Shown here in pieces: positions 35,186-48,595 of a stretch of 64,000 nucleotides of DNA. The DNA is taken from assembly GCA_047495785.1 (NCBI GenBank), contig JBLDXI010000042.1, positions 4,650,001 through 4,714,000 on the forward strand, given 5' to 3'. The translations under genes and the position numbers were made by a program. The notes under the pieces are model-generated. The model did not search any database and was not told the origin of the DNA. It saw nothing but the letters and a program-made list of their open reading frames with translations. Numbering within the stretch: position 1 is the first letter of the stretch; every line of letters starts with the position of its first letter. The DNA comes from Lepidodermella squamata. Its lineage: Eukaryota > Animalia > Gastrotricha.

Positions 35186-37833
35186 ATAGGCGTTTTGCAT
35201 AGAGAAGGCTGGACCCCGATTTCTTCGGGGTTTACACAGGTCACCTATAATTATAAAAATAAAGGAAGATAATTGAACTCAAAATTTTAAATAGTAAATT
35301 AAAATTTCAAATTTCAAATTTTGAATTTTGCGAGACGCGGGACCTGGGACCTCTCAGCTGACCGACTGACTAGGTTCAGCTTTTAGTTTCCTAGTGCGTT
35401 CAGCTTTGGGAAAAAACAAGTATTCACGGGACATGTCCCGGGGTGAGAAGCGAGCGAATGTGAGTATGCAGCGAAAGTTGTTTAAACTGGACTGAAGTCG
35501 CGTCAGTCAAAATAGTCCGAAGGCGGCATCGTTTTAGATTTGTTTCAATTACTAATACCGTACTGCTTGCATTGTTGGGCCTGTCCTTCATTTTGTTTCA
35601 AACCAAGTCGAAGCCCGACCTTAAAATTGAGACGCCCTTCATACCGGTTACAACCTAACCTTTATTTAGAACCCTTTTCAACTCATCGCATGACGTGAAC
35701 GCTTCATACAACGTCTCCAGTCGCCTCTGAATCGGCCTCTAAAAATAGACCAGTAAGAGCTTAACGACGCTAGAGGTTCGCCGCTTCCAACATGACCTCA
35801 TTCTAATGCACACAATGTATCAGGGTTGTATTGATATAAATTTCTCTGACTTTTTTGTCATCTCCCGAAACTCTCGCCTTTCTCCTCATTCTGTGACGAT
35901 GAAAGCGGTTAGAAATAACCTGAATTATAAATTTAGCTTTTCCAGGCTTTGAAAATTATTTTTAAAATTACATTAAAATTTTTTTTTCAGAAAAAATGTC
36001 GGGGAATGGGCGAATTTTTGAATTTTTCTTTTCGGCGCAGCGGCCGCCTTTCTCAACTCGTTCTCCCCCTCCCGGTGAAACTACCTAACTGAAACGAAGG
36101 AAGTTCTCAACTAATGGCGCGCACCGCGACTTTCTGCCGCTGCAACTAGCCGACGGTGACTGGCGGTGAAGAGTAACCTCAGACACTCGCCGTCAGTCAC
36201 CGCGAAACTGGGATCTTACTTTCTTCGGTCGGTGCCACGCTCTTGCCCGCCCGCCCAGGACTGTCAGTTCTGAAACTATGTTTATGCGGCTCATTACTTT
36301 AACTGCGAATTTCCCGTGATATCAGTCCTGCCTAAGATTTTATCGTTGCTTTTTTCGCACAGCTAAATAAAGTTGAGTTTGGAAGCTCTTGACTAGGTGC
36401 TTGACCTAACCTTAACTTGATTAAAAACTGCCTTCCTGCTTTGCATGATGCGCTCCTTTTGCTATTTACCGTATTTTCTGAAATACTAACCCGGGCTTAT
36501 GCAAAATTGAAGCCTCGGAAACTAGCAAAAAATATACCTCTATTCGAGGTGGTCTATACAACCCGGAAATGAAAATGGAGGCAACAATAACACCTGTGGT
36601 GCGTCGACGGCGGTGTTAAATTCTAATGCACCTAGTTACTGTGAAATAACCCCGAATAAAGCTAATAGACCAGGAGGGGCCGCTTGATGGGTGCTATCTG
36701 ATAGCCTTGCAATAAAGCTCTTATCGTTCAACATCAACTCGATGGATGCTATTTAGATGCTAGAATAAGTTGTGCGATAGTGAGAGCGAGAGCTAGTAAG
36801 GTGTTACCTTAAACCTTAAATGAGGAAATTTGTTGATTGTTGATATCGCGGTAATGCATTTCGAATATCTAACCTTGTACGCTATAGCTGCTCAAAGACA
36901 GCGGCTGTAGTAAGCGTGGAATATTACTTGGAAACTGTTTGTGAAATAGCATTGACAGCTGCCCGTGAGCGAGACGAGTGGCGTATGCTTGGGAATTATA
37001 AATCGCGAATTATGCGAATTATGAAAATTATAAATCCCTAGCCAAAAGCTGACTCTTCGTGGACGTGATTAACGGCGGCCCTCGCGACCGCTGATCGTCA
37101 CCCCCCCCCCTCTCGAAAACCTCACGGTAAAACGGCTCCTTTAGTTGCGTACCTAATACCTGATGTACCCAATACCATTAAAAGCCAACTAAGAGTGAGT
37201 GGAGGTGATTGTTTCAGTGATATAGCTGCAGCGGATCCTTCTCTATGTCTAGCTGCATCATTGACATCGGCTACTATCCACTATCCACCTTAGCCAGCAA
37301 TAGCCGAGCTACGCAGCACATCGCTTTCCTAAATAATGGTGTGGTGCCAATATGGCTTGCAGTGTGACACGGTGAAACATTTCCATTAAGGAACAAAGGG
37401 ACGTCGACATAGACAGCAATACTTGTTAATCACACCCTCTAGTTCAAACAGTATACGGCGCTGCGACCTGAAATCCTTTGAAACCGGCAAGCAATAATAG
37501 CTTTTATAATGTGTGCTAATGATATACCACGTGCGCACGGAATTTGAAACTTTCACGACAATGAATTACAAGTTTTACTCGGCTTTTAATTCATATCAGA
37601 CAATGCAATGCAATCAAAATGCACAATATTACTATCATTTTTCATTACTATACACTATACACTATACACTATATAAACTATAGAAACTATTTACAGTACA
37701 AGATGGCGGCTTAAAGAATTTTAGGAAATAAAATGATAAGTGGTGACACAATAATTCACCTCATGTATATATACTAGGAAACACTCAAGCTACAGTCAAA
37801 AATTGAAGCTAGCACCTGCCCTAACTGCATCAA

Positions 37834-39068
37834 ATCCGCAACCAAAAGCCTTCGCTCAATGGCCAGCCTCCTCCCCGAAGAATGATTCGCCCTTCTTCTT
37901 GGCTTGCTGCCAATCGGTCACATGTGGACCCGTAACTGCATCAAATACCGTTTTCTCAATCGGTCACACGTGGACCCTTAACTGCATCAAATACCGGGTT
38001 TTCATGTCAGCACAACCACGCACACTCATCATTCGAGGTCGGGGGCCTTTCGTGCGGGCTTTCTTGGCAGAATAACACGAAAATGCATGTTATTGAGCAA
38101 CATGGAATGTCTGTGAAGGTTGACCGTGGAACATCTTCATCATGGAGATGAAGCTCGGGTTATTTCGAAGCATCCATGTCGTGTGTAAGTAATTACTAAA
38201 AATTGGTAGGTTTACCTCGGATAGTCAAGACTCATTTTAGCGTATTATGACAATAGCGAATGTGTAGTCTTCAAGAGTATGTAACGATTCGACTTCTTTG
38301 CCAGCAGAAAAATTGAAAGAAGCAGTACCACATCACGGATTTTTGACAAATATTGTCATGCATGTATGCTGCTGCATATGAGGTATGAGCCACCATCTCG
38401 CGCAGGATACACTCTCACACCCGAGGCCCTCTCATGGTCGCACTCCTCGCAGATAAGCCAACTAGAGAACACAGATGACTTGCCTCTTGCCTGTTTGATT
38501 TATTTTAGTGAGTCGTCGTATTCTCGGTTCGCGGAGCACGAGTACCTGTAAGAGAGCGGGTTGATGCTATGATACATTTAAAGCAAGCCTTCTTGGGAGA
38601 TTTGAGATTGTTGTGTATGGAATTTCCAACAAGTTCGTGCTATAATACGTTTAATTGACTGCAGTTATGAACCACGTCGCTCTTTGGCCTATTTCAGTTC
38701 CAATTTCTTCGATTATCGACTTTATATGCCGCTCGAGTTCTAAAGATTATTACCAACATCCATCCATCCATCCATCCATCCATCGCCTAAATGTTCAAGT
38801 GCGTGTTCACTTCGGTGGCACTACACATAAGGTGGTACACCTGGTTCCCGAAAAAAAGGCCCCCGACCTCGAATGATGAGTGTGCGTTGTGCTGACATGA
38901 AAACCCGGTATTTGATGCAGTTAAGGGTCCACGTGTGACCGATTGAGAAAACGGTATTTGATGCAGTTACGGGTCCACATGTGACCGATTGGCAGCAAGC
39001 CAAGAAGAAGGGCGAATCATTCTTCGGGGAGGAGGCTGGCCATTGAGCGAAGGCTTTTGGTTGCGGAT
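37834..39068. repeat. Long inverted repeat: arms 37834-38050 and 38855-39068, ~800-bp spacer
   Basis: Arms appear identical except for one 3-bp indel; each contains two copies of AATCGGTCACAYGTGGACCCKTAACTGCATCAAATACCG. Confidence 0.9.
38757..38784. repeat. (CATC)n microsatellite
   Basis: About 7 tandem CATC units. Confidence 0.85.
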
Positions 39069-40709
39069 ACTTCGTTGATTGACGACTGACATTTTCGGCA
39101 GCCAGCTCAAAAATCATTTGTGATGACAAAATAGATGAAATAAATCTTAAAACTAAACGCTTAAATTCAGCAATAATTTTTAATTAAAAATTTGATTTCA
39201 TACCTAATATCTAATCTACTAAGCGAAGTTTGCCGCATTAATTTTACATTTTACAGGACCAGAACTATCGGGAAACTGTCGAACGTCCGAGTATCCGCCG
39301 CTTAGGCGCTTTCATGTATTGTTTAGGTGGTTCGAGCTTTTACGAGCAACAATTTTGGAAGCCGTCCTCCTCTTGACGTGTACTAATATCATTATATCAT
39401 TATATCACTAAATCAAGAAACATTGAGGGAAATTTTTAAAGAATTCTTTCGAGCTTGTGCTTCGGCCAACTCCACATTCCACGGGATCAATACATTTGTT
39501 TTCAAGCTGGAACTAATTAGAAAGCCATTATTTTAGCAAGGCTTATTATTCTTTTCTATCGCATATTTTTGCAATTAGAATGTTGATTATTTGATAATAG
39601 TTTTATCACGGCTCAACATGTCAGAATTAGTCCCAAATTATCGAATCCTGTCAATAAGAAGAGTTTGCAAGTTTGCGCTTCGATCACCGATTACGCATGG
39701 TGATAAATAATTAACTACGCGTTTTACTCGCAGCTGAGCGTGTCTCAGCCATTATGCATTTTGTTGCACTGACTACTGACTTGAATGTGAGGTTCTGCTC
39801 ATTACAGCATTGCGCTCCCCTTTCTTCAAGAAGAAATCACCAATTTAGACCTTTGCAACAAGCAGCAATAATAGTATAATATAACAATAGAACCCCTTGA
39901 AAGTTCTTGTCTCATTTGAAGATTATTGTGCGCGGGTCTAATGAATCTATTGCAACCACTGGATCACTATTAATTTCAGCCGTTCTATACTTTCATGTGA
40001 TCTGTTTGATTCCGAATTTACATATCACTTTAAAATAATCTTACGCTATGTGGAAATGCCATCGAAAGCCATGGAAAAAGTTGAAACGCTACTAGGTAGA
40101 AACATAGCGCCTACAGCAACGCTCAATTCTAAAGGATTACAATGCCAAATGCTAATCGATAACCGCTTACATATGCTGATGCGACGCTTTGGTCAGTGAT
40201 CGGTACTTTTCAATCATATCAGTCATAAAAGTTTGCCAACTGAACCATCTAGATAAAGGGCAATAATGCTAGACAATCAGATAGTAATCATTATTCGCGT
40301 GATTCTGAGTTCTAACACATTTACCAATTGAAATCAGATTGCACTTAACTCATCGACTTCATGAAATCCGAAATACTTTTTGATATGGTAAATAACCATA
40401 CACTAGACCCTGAATAACGCGCGGATAAATGTTTATATAAATTGCCGTAAATCTTAAGTAAGTACATTTCATTAAGATTTAATCTGGCTCTCCTTTCATG
40501 TATGCGCGGGATCAATGGCGTAGCTGATGGATACCTGCAAATTTATCGACTGTTAAGTAATTATTGTCGCAGTGCAAATTGAAGCAATAATTTGAGTGTT
40601 ATGCAAACATCATATCAACTAATTTTCATGTCGGGTAAATGAACCCTAGATACCGCAAATAATCTTACTTTGAGCTCTCGACCTCCTATGTAGAATAAGT
40701 AATTACATT

Positions 40710-41588
40710 ATGCGAAACAAGTGGATAACTAAACGGCTCGCTTATCTCAGAAGTGAAGATGCCTTCACCCTCACTGACCAAGAGCTCGAAATTATTTCAG
40801 CCCTGAGGATGCTGAAATCCAACCCAGCCATGCTCAAAGTCCTCACGGCGGCGAAAGACGATGATTCCGACACGTGTTTCGCTGAGTTCGACGTCATCCG
40901 CTTTCTTTACAACTCAAACGATGGAACCCCCCAACGTTCTTACGTGGCAGGAAGACCATCCAACGCGGTATTTCAGCACGATAAGCTGCCACCAACAATA
41001 CATGAAAGCGAGCAATTGATAGAAGAAGACAAGTCCATGTCTCATCCGGTTAGTCACAACTCAAAATTTTACCATTGAATAACTGTTAAAACTTTACAAC
41101 GCTTACAGCCTATCAATACTTCTCAAAGAGGGTGCTCAAAATTACCGTCAGTATTGCCGAAATTTCAACTTTCTGAAAACCACGATTTCAATCCCAAGTC
41201 TTCAACCACGTCGTATCTTCGCCCTACACAAAGCTCGGAAGGAAAATTGAATCCACGAACAGATTTTCCTCGCTTAGTCAAAGTCAACGCCGTCGGCGGC
41301 CTCAGACGCGAAAAAACAATGGCTGGCACATCAAGTTTCGACCGTCATCAACAAGAAGAGAATCAAATTAGAGCTGCAAAACTGTACGCCACGAAGAAAA
41401 TGTATGCGCGAATGATTCGAGATGGTTGGTTGAGCGAGGAGTGGCTGATTAGTGACAATGACTCTGCAGGTTCAGGCTCAAGACCAACGTCACAGGACAG
41501 CAGCTCCTCGTCAGGCTCTACTTTATTAAATACTGATGATGATTCACTGATAGGTATTATGCAGAAGTGGAACATTCTCGAGGTTTAA
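40710..41588 (+). CDS. Orphan two-exon protein; exons 40710-41048, 41109-41588
   Basis: Two adjacent ORFs joined in frame by a 60-bp GT-AG intron; AATAAA at ~41663; no recognisable domain. Confidence 0.55.
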
Positions 41589-43221
41589 GTGCCACGTGAA
41601 GTATTCATATCTTGTATTCAATACTGGTGACTATAGGTACTGAGAAAAAATTGATCATGACCAATAAATTACGAGCATCTGGTCAACAAACTCACATGCT
41701 ACGCCCGCTAGTCCTCTATCTTTACAATATCAGAAGATAAATGAATGCGAGCAACAACTAAAAATAGTATGCTGGTTTTTAACTAATAGCTTCAGTTCCC
41801 GATTCCTTAACTAGGGGCGCGCCCTTGCACCTAAAATATTTAGTGCGAAATTGGGAGAGCATGGAGTGGCTGCCCCGGTATAGGCTGTAATGCTTTTTAC
41901 ACTCTTGATACCAAAATCAACCCGATAGGAGAAAGTAAAAAAAATGTCCCATTAGCGAACGAATGGCACTATTTCAGTCCAGTTGGCGATTTTGAGCGCT
42001 AAGCGTTGAACTTGGCACCTAAATACTTGAGGTGCAATATGGGCTAACTGGAGGATGTGTAACAGAAGCAGTGGCATTTTCTAGCTCTTGGCTCCTCAGC
42101 GAAACGCTTCGCCAATCGTTTTCGAATGATGAAACGACATGGACCGACATCCATCAGTCATAGTCAATCATGAGCAGTCGGACGATCTCTACGTTTTGCC
42201 GAACTCTGCGGCAGGCCTTAAGTGGTGTTGCCCTGGCCGATTTTTTCGCCGCAGCGTTTTCAGTTATTGATGAATATTTTGCAACAGATTTGAAGTTTCA
42301 TTGACAGTTGCCAGTCATGTTCCCAAATGCCTTGTCATCCTGGGTGGCCTTGTCGGTAATTATGAGTTCAATATAGCCAACCGCGAAGGGTGGATTGTTT
42401 ATTGTGTTTTCAAAATGCCCAATCGATAGCCTCCTTATGTTAGGACTGAGGCCCAAAAGCGATCAAGTCACGCTTAGACAGCACGACGTAGAAAAAGACG
42501 TCGAGATCTGACTTCGGATGATTGGATGATTGGATGATGATTGATCCAGACTGGATGACAGGCAATAGCCTGTTAGCGCTCGTTTTCGAATTGACCAGCC
42601 TTATGCCGACTTACCCAGCCCCGACATGGTCGCTTTGCTGTTCAGCAAGCAAAAATGAGCGGTTTGGGTAGTTCGAGTCCAAGGCGTAGAGTTCGGAGAG
42701 GAGGCCCGCTGTTCGTTGGCTCCTGCTTTCTGAGTGCATGAGCGCCATAATTCAAATTTTGTTATTCACCCATTTAATATAATAAAATCAATTGTGATGA
42801 ACTTAATTTATTTACATGTTTGAAAATTATTTTAATTTTCTTAGCAACGCTTTCCTTGGTTTTCCCGTGTTCGTGTTTCAGCCAGAGCTACAGTTAGAGC
42901 AAGCTTTGGGCGTTCAGGGCATGTGGTCAGCCCAGTTCTCTTGGCTGCTAGGCGAACTAGCCGCTACGCTGACCTCACGGTCATGTCGTTGAGTTGTTAG
43001 CGGCGCTGTCTTAGTCAGTGTCTACCCACCCGACCATTGAGGCTCAATCAAGTATCATCACTGCTTGTTCATCCTTGTCCGGTCGTCGTTCAAATTTGTT
43101 CAATCTTCTTTCCTTGCTCTACGTTATTATGGCTGCAGAATTATTATGCCATATATTCTTGAAAGGAGAGAGAGTGCACGTTTGATAATTGATGTTTTTT
43201 CTGGTAGTTTTCATTTGAAAA

Positions 43222-45578
43222 ATGTCTTCTAAACGCAAAGATGAAAAGTATGCGCTACTTGGCCCGAACAAATTCTTGGACAAGAAAGTCTATGGAGTTC
43301 CATGGTATGTTTTTATGTCATTCTTCTATGTTGAGTTTTCAAAAAGAGTAAATATATTTGGATAATGATATTTTCTATAAAAGCTTATGTTGAGTAATCG
43401 ATTAGTTTACTCTTCCTGATTAAACGTAATGTCCTGTTTATTGCGAGGGTAAGATTTTATCAGTAATGCATTGCGTAATCGAATCCTTCGCTGCCATCAA
43501 GTATACCTTGAGGTTTCCTAAGAAGCTTCGCATGTTGCATGTATCCGGCATTAACATTCTGATATCACTGGTTGCTGATGAGAATTTATCATTGCAGGTA
43601 TCAAGAACGAGTGGTTGAGCGGCTGAAACGCCAAGACTCCGCATTGGCGCGAAAAATGAAACACAAGTTGCCCATTTCAAAAATGGCCGATACTTCGCGC
43701 TGGGTTTTCATCAAGGATGGTCTTGATGACTTTCGAGATGGTTTACCTCCAGTTGTGACGGAAATTTTCATCCGGCGCAATGATGCATTTCCCATGGCGA
43801 AACCGGACCATTCCAAAGCCCTGAATTCACTTAAGCAGCCAGCTGTTAAGCATAGATTTACCAAAGAAGAAGTCTGCTATTCGAGAACACTTCCTCTTGT
43901 GCGAAGGCGGCGAGAAAATGTCGCTGGTATGCTAATTCCTACCAATATGAATCAAAAGTTACAGCTATATTCAATTTAAAGATGTTGAGCAGGGGCTTCT
44001 AGCTCACAAATTGGCTCTTTTCCCTCATCTCATGGAGGCTGTTCCTCAAGACGTAAGTTTTTGAAGCATTATCGCATGGATATTTGTAACAATGAGCATT
44101 TATTGTAGATACTTGAGGATGTTGTCGCTATTCTCGATCCAGAAGCGGCGGCTTGCATTGAAGTGGAGGACGAGGAGGAGCGCACAAGAACCACTGAAGG
44201 ATCCGAGGATGATGGCGAACATGCCGGCGACACTCTCACACCGCTCGGCGGCTTCCCAAGTGCTAAAACTCGCCAGACTAGCGCTAATAGCATTGAAACA
44301 GCTCCGATCACACCGTTTTCAATTGTCAACCAGCCGAAAGCTTCGACCCCTGCCAATTCGTCAGCGTAAATTTGCTGAACGATTTCGGATTTCCCATTAC
44401 TTGGATAAATATATTTAGGAACCAACGACCTCCCAGCTCGAAAAATCCGTACAGATGGATGTATAATCGCCAGGCGACCAATAACAATCTTTCGCCACGA
44501 ATTGACGGCAGTTTATCGTCGCATCGAGCTGCCCAGGCGGAAGCTAATGCAGCTCAGGTTGTAACGATCGATAAATTTCGCCCGCCGGCCGAGGGTGGCG
44601 ATAATGGATCGCACAGTGCTAACGGCGCATTAGACGGTGATGGAGAGCGTCATGTGACTCAAGTTACCAAAACTTTCTGCGACTGGGTTCGCGCTTTAGG
44701 CGGCGAGGAGTCGAACAACATTGAAGAATCTACCATCCTCAGCTTGTTTGCTGCGGGTAAATATTTTCTAGTTATTTTTAAAATTCATGAAATAAAATTC
44801 GGACTATATCAGGAGGACTATCGCGTAGGTTCAGGGTTTTAACAACCGAAAATATGCACAGCAATTTTTTCATCTATTGAATCATTTTGATATTAATTTG
44901 ACGAAAAATTGCACATTACTTCGGAAATATTTTTTATTTTAATAATTTTCCTCAAGATAATTTGAAATTTCCTTTCGATTAGGATATGAAACAAAGCCAT
45001 CGCTACTGGTTCCTATTAAAGTTGTTGAACTTCAAAATATTCCGAACGAACTTCGAGTGGCGGCTGGAGTGGCGCCACCCCCACCGCCGCCTAAGCTCCG
45101 CCCAGGCGAGCGAGTGCCGATCGACCTAAGCAGTGTTAAAACAATCAGTGAAGTTGAAGAGTTCAAGGACGATGAACGGCGGCAGAGGAGCCGCGCGAAT
45201 CCTGAATTTGGCAAATTTTGCTACGGCGCATGGTATTTGCCGAAAAAATTCTGGAAAAAGCGCGATGCCGAAATTTCTCTGGAAGATCCTCGCGATGTGG
45301 CTAGGAAGACGGAATCTGATACTGTCAGGAAAAATGTGGCGATTGAGGAGCAGTTAGCCGTGCTGAGCGGTAGTCATTCTTTCATCGATTTCCTTCAAAA
45401 GAAGCCGAGAAAACCCGAGGTAACATATTTCCAGGTTTTTGCTAGAGAAAATTCAATTTTTTCACTTCAGTTCATGGAGAGAGTTGAAGGAATTATCGAG
45501 CGAATTCGAATGGACGGTGACGCGGCGAGTGTTGCTACACCTTTACCGCCAATTCCATCATCTGCTAAAGAATCTTAA
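43222..45578 (+). CDS. FAM47E: FAM47-family protein, 7 exons (approx. 43222-43304, 43598-43926, 43982-44052, 44109-44365, 44419-44756, 44983-45419, 45471-45578)
   Basis: PWYQER, RWVFIKDGLDDFRDGLPP, FTKEEVCYS, LALFPHL, FCDWVRALGGE...IEESTILSLF, YETKPS, YGAWYLPKKFWKK motifs. Confidence 0.8.
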
Positions 45579-45790
45579 ATGCCCGATTAATAATGCTTTT
45601 ATTTTTGTAAGTTCACCGCAAATTCACCTGAATAAAAACGAAGAAGACGACATTTTCACGCTATTTTACGGCTAATTTGCGTTGTTTATTGTTCAGTTCA
45701 TCAAGTTCAATCATGGCTTGTTAAGATTATCACTGAGGCATGCAATTGTTGTTACGTTTGCTTCTAGGTACTCTGGAACCGTTTAGCCGC

Positions 45791-46517
45791 TTAATGCTTG
45801 CTATTGATGAGGTTCCAGGCGGTGTAGATCGACAAGCCGAAGAGCGGGAAAAATCCGGCATAGCTGATGGCGCCACGGTTACGCTTGGCAGGGTCTGAAA
45901 ATTAAACGGAAAAATAGTGAACATTGTTGAAAATTAACTAAAAAAAGTTGTTATCAGTCACGAAATAAAAAATAAATATTGAAAATTAAAAAAAGAATAT
46001 TTCAGAATATTTTAAATATTACCTCCAGTGGAATATCCGAGCATGTAGACGACGCGTCCGAAAAGGTAAATGGCACCGCATGCAGCAGCAGTGGTCTGCA
46101 ATCAGTAATTTTTATACATTTTTGCTATATTTTTGAAATGTTTTCTTACCGGGTATTGAATGCCGGCAATAAAGAGGAGAAGGAGGTAAATGGTGATGTT
46201 CTCCAAGCTGTTAAATTAAATCAATTTTAACCATTTTTTCCGGCGAATAAACAAAAGAAATTACTAGTTCTGATGAGCGCGTTGGATGCAGTTGAACACG
46301 TGATCCGGCTCAGGGTGGTAGAGGCGAGGGTACTGAGAAAATATCGCAAAATAATTGAAAAATAAGCTTCGAAATAGGAATAGAATACTACCTTGACGTC
46401 GTACTTTTTGCGGCCCTTGGCGACGTTGATGATGAAGGCGTAGTTGAGGAAAACGCTGGCGACAGCGGCTGCGAGGACGTAGCCGTGTTCGTGGGTCAAG
46501 GTCACAGTCAAAGTCAT
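45791..46517 (-). CDS. MGST3: Microsomal glutathione S-transferase 3 (MAPEG); exons 46517-46392, 46332-46265, 46207-46150, 46095-46023, 45894-45791
   Basis: Spliced product has RKKYDVKYP, FNCIQRAHQNYLE, GRVVYMLGYSTGDPAKR. Confidence 0.92.
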
Positions 46518-46679
46518 TTTTGAACAATATTAAAAACTATAAACATCAATAGCCAGAGCAGGATTCAAAACATATTTTCATTAAATTAATGAAATAAAGT
46601 TGGTTGAGTTCACACTAGAGAATGAAATTCTTTAATTAGGCAAGTAATTGTTAGGGCTTGTTCGAACTTCGAACTGCGT

Positions 46680-47481
46680 TTAGTGCTTGCTGTTGATGAT
46701 ATTCCAAGCCGTGTAGATCGATAGGCCGAAAAGCGGGAAAAATCCGGCGAGGCTAATGGCGCCAATATTACGCTTGGAAGGATCTGGAAAATTTCAAGGA
46801 TACAATTGGAAAAATTCCTAGGCAGTTTCAAACTTTGAAAATATTTTAGGGGATAATATAATTTTTCATAACGATATTTACATGTAGAATCAAAATTCTT
46901 TTAAAAATCCAGACTTGTTCAGAAAGGTAATTTTTTTCATCCTCTATTCAATTTTTACTGTTGTTTAATATTTTTTAGTTCGAAGTTACCTCCAGTTGAG
47001 TATCCGACCATGTAAAAAATGCGGCCAATTAGGTAGATGGCACCACAAACAGCGGCAGTGGACTAAAAACAAATAGGTCCATTAACAAGGAATTATGGCT
47101 ATATAACAAAATGAGATCTTACTGGGTATTGGATACCGGCAATAAAGAGGAGCAGCAAGTAGACGGCAATGTTTTCCAAACTGAAAGAACGCATTCATTA
47201 TCTCAGATGTTCAAGAAGAAGATTTGGGAAAATTCACTAGTTTTGATGAGCACGTTGAATGCAGTTGAATACGTGATCCGGCTCAGGAGGCGAGGGTACT
47301 GAGAAAATATCGCCGGATAATTAAAAAATTAACTGGAAAAATGAATAATACCAACCTTGACGTCGTACTTTTTACGGCCCTTGGCGACGTTGATGATGAA
47401 GGCGAAGTTGACGAAAACGCTAGCAACAGCGGCTGCGAGGACGTAGCCGTGTTCGTGGGTCAAAGTCAGTGTCAAAGTCAT
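46680..47481 (-). pseudogene. MGST3: MGST3 tandem duplicate with a 7-bp frameshifting deletion in exon 2
   Basis: Same 5-exon structure; exon 2 lacks TACCACC at 47286/47287 relative to the downstream copy, giving a premature TAA in exon 4. Confidence 0.8.
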
Positions 47482-48595
47482 GTTTTAAAGTCTAAACGAG
47501 TAAGGTTTCCTGTAAAATATAATGTAAAATGCGAGTAGCAAAGCAGAGAAATAAAGCAATGAATGAAAAACACCGTGGCCACACCGCACGCGTATCTTTT
47601 TTTAGTGTCCACTTGCAGATTATTTGACCCATTATCGCAGAGTGGCCACAATAATGCCGGCTTGATAAGCCAAATGGCTGCGTGTTCATAACGCGTCTTT
47701 ACGAAATGGTCAAATTACGTCTTATTTTGAAAAAATTCTAGAAACATTCTAGGTAGTGTGTTTCCACTGCCGCAAATTTTACGTAGTGACGAATGCTTAT
47801 ACACGTGTCATATGCTTTTTTGCATATGCCGCATGGTTAAAAAGTGGGGCAATTTTTAAAGGCGTAGTGCTACTATATAGCACAGTACTATAGGGTGTGT
47901 AGTGTGTGGTTTTTTGTTTTTGAATCTTTTTGAATCAATAGCCACGTGTGCGAGTGCGCATGTGATCACGTACTAAAAGATGAAATAAATTGGATCATCA
48001 TATTGTTTCTATGTTTCTATGATGGTTGCGAAAATGTTTGGGAGAGAAACGTCGTTTATTTCTCACGAAAAATGCAATATTCTGCATGAAGCGCATCGAC
48101 TCATAGCCTGAGGACCCGGAAAAACTACTAAAGTTATGTTACAGCAATCAGCAATGACGTATTTCTAATTAAGCGCAACAATATTGAAGAGAAACTAGCT
48201 GTACATATGCCGATGGACATATACCTTATTGTCCCTGATAACCTCAATGTTTTCCCTATTTTCTTCACCTGCCGGTAAAATTCGGGGAAATGTTCAAAAA
48301 ATCACGGGCCTCCTCTAGGACTTAGGATCTATTTCATCTCCTCGCGGAAAAATTGATATTTCATTGTGAAATTCCCTTTTAAATTGAAAAAATGGAATTT
48401 CACAATTGAAAATAATTTTTCAGTTAGCAAATGAAATACACCCTTAGTTAAGCATTCCATTTTATTCGAAAGCGATTCAATCTTGAACTATCGATCGGTG
48501 GTTTTCAGAGGTTGGAAAAAAATCAAAATCACCCCTCTTTATTCCTAGAAAAAATGAAATTTAACTTTCACCTTTTTGGTTTTATTTTTCAACAA

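Noticed and set aside
37909-37996. CRISPR-like repeat pair
   Set aside because: Only two units with a very short spacer, eukaryotic context, no cas genes
37803-39129. Two ORFs with near-identical peptides (37803+ and 38821-)
   Set aside because: By-product of the inverted repeat; no coding hallmarks
42150-42750. Minus-strand coding-like stretch starting ATG GCG CTC
   Set aside because: Multiple stops and frameshifts and no recognisable homology; cannot support a call
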